From: a virus
Taxonomy: Duplodnaviria > Caudoviricetes
DNA: 25,706 bases
Reading direction: 5' to 3' (one strand)
Virus record (IMG/VR): IMGVR_UViG_3300018039_000017
Location: 1 to 25,706 of that record
Shown: piece by piece, positions 16,261 through 23,122 of the stretch
Numbering within the stretch: position 1 is the stretch's first letter
How the letters are laid out: each line of letters starts with the position of its first letter
Notes under the pieces: generated by a model
Database searches by the model: none
What the model was told of the DNA's origin: nothing
Seen by the model: the letters and a program-made list of their open reading frames with translations, nothing else
Translations under genes and position numbers: made by a program

Positions 16261-16760
16261 TGCGCGCCGAATTCGGAAAACAACTTTTGCGAGATACCGA
16301 ACAACTCGCGTTGCGCCTGAATCGATGGAATGAGTTTACCCAAAAGAACGCGAAAAAGGTTTTCCGAATCATCGGCGTTGATTGGCGCGATAGGGCAAAA
16401 GAACGCGTTCCCGTTTCCGCAACTGAAAATTCCGGGCGGCTTGAACGTTCCATTTTTTCCAATGTTTACAAAGACGGCTTTCATGGTTTGGTTTTGGAAG
16501 TCGGTACTAATATGGAATACGGCGTTTATGTCGAATTCGGAACTCGCTACATTGCGGGCGGGCAAGTTCTCGCGCTAGGCTTCGGGCCGGAAGTTACCGA
16601 TGCGCAAGCCGTTGATGAATGGCAAGCGAAATCCGAAAGAACGGAAGGCGGCGGCTTGTCGAATGATCAACAAATGCCGTGGTTGCGTCCGGCATGGTTT
16701 GCAATTGAGAAGCGGGCGATTGCGCAGTTGGATACGATTCATGAACCGCCGTTAGACTGA
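16260..16760 (+). CDS. HK97 gp10-like neck/tail component
   Basis: AKERVPV...GRLERSI, VGTNMEYGVYVEFGT and PWLRPA motifs. Confidence 0.85.
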   Translation: MRAEFGKQLLRDTEQLALRLNRWNEFTQKNAKKVFRIIGVDWRDRAKERVPVSATENSGRLERSIFSNVYKDGFHGLVLEVGTNMEYGVYVEFGTRYIAGGQVLALGFGPEVTDAQAVDEWQAKSERTEGGGLSNDQQMPWLRPAWFAIEKRAIAQLDTIHEPPLD

Positions 16761-16771
16761 AAGGGTTTGAA

Positions 16772-17218
16772 ATGGCTTCGCATAATCTCAGCGAATTGTT
16801 GAAGTCGATTGTTACGGCTTATCTTGCCGATTCAACGCTTGTTTCAATGCTCGGCGGGGCCGAATCAATTTGGCGCGAACAACCGGAAACGGCGGTTGCG
16901 TATCCGATGATTTACATGCGGTTTACAAATATCACTTCGGAAGATGTTACCGTTGGCGGGAAGCTTTACCGGGCTGAATTGCGGCATGAAATCTTCGGGC
17001 TGAAATCGTCGGCTTTGATGGATATTGCGATTTACCTTGCACAAAATTTCAAAATACCGGAAGCTTTACCCGCCGGGATTTCATCAGACAATTTCGATCT
17101 GACGATTTTCCGCGAACAAAATTCTTTCGCTATGCCGGGCGCAGTCAAACCAGTATGGGGAAGCGAAAGTTTGAATATGCACATTTCAAACTTTGATTGC
17201 CGAATTGTTGGCAGTTAA
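16772..17218 (+). CDS. tail terminator/completion protein
   Basis: Position between the gp10-like and tail tube genes; L.ADSTLVSMLG...P....YPMI pattern. Confidence 0.7.
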   Translation: MASHNLSELLKSIVTAYLADSTLVSMLGGAESIWREQPETAVAYPMIYMRFTNITSEDVTVGGKLYRAELRHEIFGLKSSALMDIAIYLAQNFKIPEALPAGISSDNFDLTIFREQNSFAMPGAVKPVWGSESLNMHISNFDCRIVGS

Positions 17219-17250
17219 AACACTCCCGGAAAAATGGAAGGAATTAAATT

Positions 17251-17760
17251 ATGTCAACACCAGACGTATCAAACGTTTTGGGCGGCCCGGCAAAAATTCA
17301 ACTTGCCGATGCCGATATTGGTCACACTCAGGGCGGAATGACTTGCACGATTGCGCCACAGACGCGGCCCGTTATCGTCGATCAATATGGATCGTCGGAA
17401 ATTCAAATTCGTCATACGGGCGACAATGTACGCGTTTCGGCGGCGTTCGCTGAATGGGCGGCGGATACCTTGAAAAATACTTATCACCTCGGAACCGATT
17501 CAACATCGGGTTCGGCTGGCGCTTACCTCGGAATCGGTGCAACCGCCGGGGCGTTGTATTCAACGCAAGATCTCAAGGTCATTCCGTTCCTTACTGCCGA
17601 TGCTGCAAAGTTAATTCAAATGTTTGCGGCAACTCCGATTGGCGAACTCGCGATCAACTTCAATAACGATGATGATCGATTGTTTGAAACCGAATTCGCT
17701 TGTTTGCTTGACGAATCGCAAACCGACGGCGAATGGCATGGAAAGATTTTCCTGAACTGA
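17251..17760 (+). CDS. major tail tube protein
   Basis: NVLGGPAKI...IGHTQGG, VDQYG, AFAEW and C-terminal ETEFACL; position. Confidence 0.82.
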   Translation: MSTPDVSNVLGGPAKIQLADADIGHTQGGMTCTIAPQTRPVIVDQYGSSEIQIRHTGDNVRVSAAFAEWAADTLKNTYHLGTDSTSGSAGAYLGIGATAGALYSTQDLKVIPFLTADAAKLIQMFAATPIGELAINFNNDDDRLFETEFACLLDESQTDGEWHGKIFLN

Positions 17761-17789
17761 TTATTGTTCGGGGGTGTGTGGAATCTGGG

Positions 17790-17829
17790 GAACGGGCCGT
17801 TCGGCATGGCGGCCCGTTCTGTTTCATTG
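17790..17829 (+). terminator. stem-loop/terminator after the tail tube gene
   Basis: GAACGGGCCGTT-CGGCAT-GGCGGCCCGTTC 12-bp stem followed by TGTTTCATT (imperfect U tract). Confidence 0.6.
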
Positions 17830-17845
17830 AACGAAAGGCGAAATC

Positions 17846-18253
17846 ATGGCGAAGAAAAAAATAGAATCCGGAATTCGGTCAAACGCACGTTCGCCAAAAC
17901 CCGCGTTCGCCGATATCAAAAACCCGGCAACGGAATCGGCGGAAAAAAGGGAACGGGAAGCGGCAATGAAACTTTGCGAAGCTTGCAATGCCATTGAAAA
18001 GGATCTTGACGGCGAAACCGTTTCAAAGCTTCAACAGTTGCATCATGCGTATTTGAAAACGCAACGCGGCAAACTTGCCGACGAACCGCGCGTTGCATGG
18101 CGGGGATTCGTCCGGGCGGTTGCAGCAAAAGAGGCAACGAAGGCAATCAATCATTTGCATTCGTTCGCCGGTTTGATTTCAATCAAACATAAGCTTGGAA
18201 AAACCGAAGTCACAACGACCGAATCAAAAACGACGGAACCGAAAAAAGATTGA
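17846..18253 (+). CDS. basic hypothetical protein (135 aa)
   Basis: GAAAGGCG at 17833-17840; sits between the tail tube and chaperone genes. Confidence 0.7.
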   Translation: MAKKKIESGIRSNARSPKPAFADIKNPATESAEKREREAAMKLCEACNAIEKDLDGETVSKLQQLHHAYLKTQRGKLADEPRVAWRGFVRAVAAKEATKAINHLHSFAGLISIKHKLGKTEVTTTESKTTEPKKD

Positions 18254-18302
18254 TTCCGTTTTTTCTTTTTCTCTGAAACTCTGAAACTCAAAGGGGCGCA
18301 TC

Positions 18303-18863
18303 ATGGCGGAAACGCAAACTGAAACCGGGGCGAAAGCCGAAGAATATAAACGACCGCGAACCGTTACGGTCAAACTCGAATCGCCTTCAATGGAAGGCCG
18401 GGAAGTTGTTATTGGCGTTGTGAAGTTCGGGCGCTGGAATGAATTCAAAAAGGTTTTGACCGATCCGATGGTTCATGCGATTACCGGCATGATGAAAACT
18501 ATGATGGGCGATTTTGAAACCGACGAAACCGGCAATGAACTTTCCGATTCCGAAGTTCAAGAGAAGATCAAAGAAGCGGCAAAGCAAAACAAAGATTCCG
18601 GATTCATCGAAATCTTGGATCCTGTTATCGGCAAAACGTTGGATCAATTGGATCTTGCAACTCCCGACATTATCAAAATGTGTTTGCAATCCGGTTCGCT
18701 TCCGCAATCTTTGGATGAACTTGATGCGCTTGACGTTGCGAATCTTCGCGAAGCCGTTGACGAAACGAACGATCTTCAAAAGTTGATGGATGCGGAAAAA
18801 AAGTTTTTGGCTCACACGTTGGGAACTCTGATCAACGTGATGAATTCGATGACGGGGATCTAA
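18303..18863 (+). CDS. tail assembly chaperone (lambda gpG equivalent)
   Basis: Acidic helical 186-aa protein upstream of the tape measure, with a slippery site near its 3' end. Confidence 0.8.
   Translation: MAETQTETGAKAEEYKRPRTVTVKLESPSMEGREVVIGVVKFGRWNEFKKVLTDPMVHAITGMMKTMMGDFETDETGNELSDSEVQEKIKEAAKQNKDSGFIEILDPVIGKTLDQLDLATPDIIKMCLQSGSLPQSLDELDALDVANLREAVDETNDLQKLMDAEKKFLAHTLGTLINVMNSMTGI
18797..18803 (+). other. programmed -1 ribosomal frameshift slippery heptamer A_AAA_AAG
   Basis: In-frame codons GAA AAA AAG (18795-18803); the -1 frame is open from 18803 to the TGA at 19381. Confidence 0.85.
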
Positions 18864-19381
18864 TCGGTCAAGCGCCGGAAACTCTCGGAATTGCGATTAT
18901 TGCAAACGCTTATCATTGGTCGCATTCCGAGATTTTCAATCTTCCAGCGGATCGCGCTTTTGCTTTCATTCATTGGATCAAAGAGAACGAACGCGGCGAA
19001 CAATTGTTTGCGCTTCAAGCGGCTGATTTTCCGTGGATGAATAAAGCGGATCGGCGGCAAATCCGAAATCGCATCGCATCGACGGGCGGCGGGCGCGTTA
19101 AAAAATCGGCTTACGATTACGCGAAAACCGATGAAGAAATGTTGATAATGATTGGCGATGCGCTGAAGACGGGCGGCGATGAATGGGCGCGGAAGCATCC
19201 GAAACGCATGGCATGGATTTACCGAAAAGGCTACACTCCGCAAGATGCCATTGATGCGAACGATGCGTTCACTGCGGATCGATTGGAGATCTTGACGCGG
19301 GAACGTAGTTACAAAGGCATCGGCAACGCTCCGGGCGGGGCGAAGCGGCAAGCAAACGATTTCGGGGAATCGCAAGAATGA
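18803..19381 (+). CDS. frameshift extension of the tail chaperone (gpT equivalent; G-T fusion of about 359 aa)
   Basis: The -1 frame reads VFGSHVGNSDQRDEFDDGDLIGQAPETLGIAIIANAYHWSHSEIFNLPADRAFAF... and continues into track ORF 19004..19381. IANAYHWSHSEIFNLP matches the typical gpT/GpE-like motif. Confidence 0.82.
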   Translation, partial: VFGSHVGNSDQRDEFDDGDLIGQAPETLGIAIIANAYHWSHSEIFNLPADRAFAFIHWIKENERGEQLFALQAADFPWMNKADRRQIRNRIASTGGGRVKKSAYDYAKTDEEMLIMIGDALKTGGDEWARKHPKRMAWIYRKGYTPQDAIDANDAFTADRLEILTRERSYKGIGNAPGGAKRQANDFGESQE

Positions 19382-19764
19382 GTTCAACAGTCAGATTCGA
19401 CAACGGCGGCGGAACGATCATCAACGTTACCGGCCCGGCGGGGCAAACGAACATCAATCATTTGCCGTTGTATGCAACGGGCGTGAACGGCAATGGTGAT
19501 CGTTGGGGATACAAATACAGTTCGCAAAAAAAATATCGATGGAACATCACGTTGCCGAACTTGACGCAAGCGATGAAAGACGATCTTGAAGATTTTTATT
19601 ACAACACGGCTGACGGGCCGAAGAATACTTTCGGTTACACGCATACCGACGGAACCGTTTACAACAACGCGCGATTCGTGAACACCGAATTGCAATTCAC
19701 GCGAACGAATGACAATTTGTTTTCTGTTTCAATCGTTATCGAACATGAAACGCAAATGAGTTAA
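19378..19764 (+). CDS. distal tail protein-like (Dit/lambda gpM-like)
   Basis: RWNITLPNLTQAMKDDLEDFY...GPKNTFGYTHTDG...ARF...FSVSIVIE pattern typical of minimal Dit proteins. Confidence 0.65.
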   Translation: MSSTVRFDNGGGTIINVTGPAGQTNINHLPLYATGVNGNGDRWGYKYSSQKKYRWNITLPNLTQAMKDDLEDFYYNTADGPKNTFGYTHTDGTVYNNARFVNTELQFTRTNDNLFSVSIVIEHETQMS

Positions 19765-19837
19765 AAACAAAAGCCGTTTCGGGAATGGCTTCAAGGCATA
19801 GGCGCAAGCGGATTCAACAAATCCGAAAGCTTAAAAT

Positions 19838-22800
19838 ATGTCTCGAAAAATTCACGAATTGCGCGGCATTCTTACCCTAAATTCAAAAGGGTTTGTCAAC
19901 GGCGTTCGCAAAGCGATTGGAGCAACGAAGGAATTCCGGCAAGCTTGGGGCAAGGCCGGGAAAGACGTTGCGACGGTTGGCAAGCGAATGATCGGCGCAA
20001 CGGCGGCGTTTGCTGGTTTTGCCGTAAAAGAGTTCGCCGAATTTGAATCGGTTATGGTTCGCGTTCGGGGCGTTACAAATACGCTTGGCAAAGAAGGCGC
20101 GGCGCAGTTTAAGATCTTGGAAGATCGCGCGCGGCAAATGGGCGCAACAACTCGATTCACCGCAACGCAAGCGGCGGAAGCGATGGAGAACTTAGGGCTT
20201 GCCGGGTTGAACGTCAAAGAAATTTATGACGCGTTACCGGGCGCGTTGCAATTGGCTTCGGCTGCGCAAGTTGATATTGCGACGGCTGCCGATGTTGCGG
20301 CGAAAACAATGCGTTCGTTCGGTATGGAAGCTTCGCAGCTTTCGGAAATCAATGATACGTTGGTTGCAACGTTCACTCGCTCGAACACGGATCTTCGGCA
20401 ATTGGCGGAAGCAATCAAACCGGTTGGGCCGGTTGCGGCTTCTCTCGGCATAAAGCTTTCAACCGTTACGGCGGCGCTCGGCAAGCTTTCCGATGCCGGT
20501 TTTCAGGGAAGCGAAGCGGGAACGGCGTTGCGGAATATCCTCTCGCGTTTCGCCGGGGCCGTTCCGGAAGTTTCGGCAAAGCTTCGGAAACTTGGTATCG
20601 ATATCGCATACACTCGCGATGGATCGATGGATTTCATTCAGACGATGCGCAACATGCAAGCGGCTGGATTGGAAACCGGCGAAGTTATGGCGTTGTTCGG
20701 AATGCGCGGCGGGCCGGGAATGGCGGCATTGCTTCAAGTTGGAATCGATTCAATCGCGGAATTTGAGGAGGGAACCAAAAAGCTTCGTGGCGTTGCGAAG
20801 CGATTGGAACAAGCGCAGTTGAACACGTTTGCCGGGCAATTCGATCTACTTAAATCGGCGATTTCCGAAGTTGTTATTTCAATCGGTCAAAGGCTTGCGC
20901 CGGTATTCCGTCAAATGGTCAACGCGTTCACGGCGTTCACTCAAGAGCAAGGCCCGGCGATTGCCGATACTTTCGTAAATGCGGCGAAGGCGCTTGGAGA
21001 ATTCGGCGTTTCGATTATCCAATGGTTTCGAGACAATCGCGAAACGGTTCAAAAATTCATTTCAACTTTATTCGGAATCGTGAAATGGATTGGCGAATTT
21101 ATGGCGAATCATCCGCGATTGATGGCGGCGCTGGTTGCCTTCAAAATTACCGGTTTGCTCGGCATCAACAAAGCGGCGGGTTCGGTTATTTCGGCTTTGG
21201 GAACAACCGTCAAAGTTATTGCTGCCGATTTGATCCCGGCGCTTGCGACGGCAAAAGGCCGGGCGGTTGCGGCGAAAATCGCAATGATGGGATTGAAGGC
21301 GGGTTTGGCTGGTTTGGCGATTGTTGCAATTGGCGTTGCGGCAAAATTCATTTACGAATTGAATCCTGCGGTTCGGGAGTTCAGGAAAGAAGCCGAACGC
21401 GCGAAAAAACTAAATTCGGAATGGGCGGATCGATACGTTAAGAAAACGCAAGAAATGATCGATAAGGCGAACGAATTTAAGAACGCCGGGCAACGATCAA
21501 ATTTCTTGAAGGCGCAGTTGAAAGATGCGCAAGTCGCGCTTGAGTCATACAAAAACGCCGTCAAGAGTTCGCAAAAGCGGGCCGAAGAATTGCGCCCAAC
21601 ATGGCGAAGCTTAGGGCAAGCCGGAAAAAAACTTTGGGAAGAACAGGTCGCGCAAACGCAAGATTTTGAAAACAAAGTTCAACTTACGAAAGATCGCGTG
21701 AACGAACTTGAACGGGCATTGTCGCAAGCGAACGCGGCGAATCTTTCCGGGCTGGAAGCGAAGTTTGAAAAGCTTAATCAAATGGGGCAAGCCGACGGGC
21801 TTGAGGGCGGCGGCGGAATGCCCGGCGGCGGCGGCTTTGGAGAAAAAGCCGAAAATAATCAAAAGCTTGCGGAAGCAATTGCATCGGCAATCGAAGCAAA
21901 GCGGAACGCGCGGTTGGATTCCGAAATTGCGGGAACGTCCGAACTTTCCGGGTTCATTCAACAGTTGATTCAAGCGCAAGCAAGCGGGGCAATCACTCCG
22001 GATCAAGCCGTTTCAAACTTGGGGCAATATGCTTCAAACATTCCCGGCGCAACACCGCAAAACGCTGCAAGGCTTGCGGCTGGTTTGACTATGGCGGGCG
22101 AAGCCGGGGAGCTTACGCCGGAACGAATCAACGAATTGGTTCAAACATTTCTTCGCGGAATTCAGGAAACTGAATCAAAGATGCAAACCGCGAAAGAAGC
22201 AACGCGAAGTTTGGGCGAACGCTTCCAAAATCTTCGCGAGCAATTCCCGAACATCGAATTGAACGATCTGGCAACGAAGTTTGTAAACATTCGCAAGGCA
22301 TTTATGGAAGGCAAGGTTTCTTCCGAACAATTCGGCAAGGCGATGGATTCGTTGAAAAAACAAACGGATGAAGCCGTTAATGCGGCGAAGCGAAAAGAAA
22401 TGCAAGAGCGGCGCGAAATGATGATTCGCGTTCTTTCGGGCCGGGCAACGCAAGCGGATCGCGAAGCCGTTGCGAGAATGCGAAACGCGCGTTCGATGGA
22501 AATCTTTGATAAGCAACTTGAAAACGCTTTCAACAATTTTATCGGTTTGAATCGCCAAGTTGGGAACGTCAACAACAACTTCCAAAACCTTTCGAGTCAG
22601 ATGCAAAACTTCGGGCGCGGTTTTCAAGGCGGCTTCGGGCCGGGGCCGGGCGGCGGCGGGTTCGGCGGGTTCGGCGGATTCGACGGATTCGGCGGGCAAG
22701 GATACGGGTCCGGGTTCGGCGGCGGCGCTGGCGGCCCGAGACAAGATCGAATCATTGAGGCTATGAATACAACCGCCGGGCAGATCGCGGCGGCATATGC

Positions 22801-23122
22801 GGAAATTCAAACGCTTCAATCGGCGTTGATGTTCTTAGGGCTAGGGCCGAACTCGCAAAAATCCGACGATATCAAACAACAGATTGAAGCGCTCTTGCGT
22901 TACATTCAAGATCTTCAAAATCAACCGCAACAATTCATCGGGCGTTCGGGTGATATTCCGTTTGAAGATCCCGGACTTGCCGAAGATGGAAGATCCGGGA
23001 ACAATGGCGTTCAAAGCTTGACAATCGAAGCGCCGAATCTTACCCGCATGGGACAACAAGAAGTTTCCGATTTGGCGGCGGCAATCAAAGAGCATGAACG
23101 GCGGGAAGGTTTATCATTATGA
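19838..23122 (+). CDS. tail tape measure protein (1094 aa)
   Basis: TP901-type core (ARQMGATTRFTATQAAEAMENLGLAG, GSEAGTALRNIL), hydrophobic middle, long coiled coils. Confidence 0.95.
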   Translation: MSRKIHELRGILTLNSKGFVNGVRKAIGATKEFRQAWGKAGKDVATVGKRMIGATAAFAGFAVKEFAEFESVMVRVRGVTNTLGKEGAAQFKILEDRARQMGATTRFTATQAAEAMENLGLAGLNVKEIYDALPGALQLASAAQVDIATAADVAAKTMRSFGMEASQLSEINDTLVATFTRSNTDLRQLAEAIKPVGPVAASLGIKLSTVTAALGKLSDAGFQGSEAGTALRNILSRFAGAVPEVSAKLRKLGIDIAYTRDGSMDFIQTMRNMQAAGLETGEVMALFGMRGGPGMAALLQVGIDSIAEFEEGTKKLRGVAKRLEQAQLNTFAGQFDLLKSAISEVVISIGQRLAPVFRQMVNAFTAFTQEQGPAIADTFVNAAKALGEFGVSIIQWFRDNRETVQKFISTLFGIVKWIGEFMANHPRLMAALVAFKITGLLGINKAAGSVISALGTTVKVIAADLIPALATAKGRAVAAKIAMMGLKAGLAGLAIVAIGVAAKFIYELNPAVREFRKEAERAKKLNSEWADRYVKKTQEMIDKANEFKNAGQRSNFLKAQLKDAQVALESYKNAVKSSQKRAEELRPTWRSLGQAGKKLWEEQVAQTQDFENKVQLTKDRVNELERALSQANAANLSGLEAKFEKLNQMGQADGLEGGGGMPGGGGFGEKAENNQKLAEAIASAIEAKRNARLDSEIAGTSELSGFIQQLIQAQASGAITPDQAVSNLGQYASNIPGATPQNAARLAAGLTMAGEAGELTPERINELVQTFLRGIQETESKMQTAKEATRSLGERFQNLREQFPNIELNDLATKFVNIRKAFMEGKVSSEQFGKAMDSLKKQTDEAVNAAKRKEMQERREMMIRVLSGRATQADREAVARMRNARSMEIFDKQLENAFNNFIGLNRQVGNVNNNFQNLSSQMQNFGRGFQGGFGPGPGGGGFGGFGGFDGFGGQGYGSGFGGGAGGPRQDRIIEAMNTTAGQIAAAYAEIQTLQSALMFLGLGPNSQKSDDIKQQIEALLRYIQDLQNQPQQFIGRSGDIPFEDPGLAEDGRSGNNGVQSLTIEAPNLTRMGQQEVSDLAAAIKEHERREGLSL

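Noticed and set aside
19771-19791. Hairpin AAGCCGTT-TCGGG-AATGGCTT before the tape measure gene
   Set aside because: Weak stem with no + strand U tract and no convergent gene; not enough to call a terminator.
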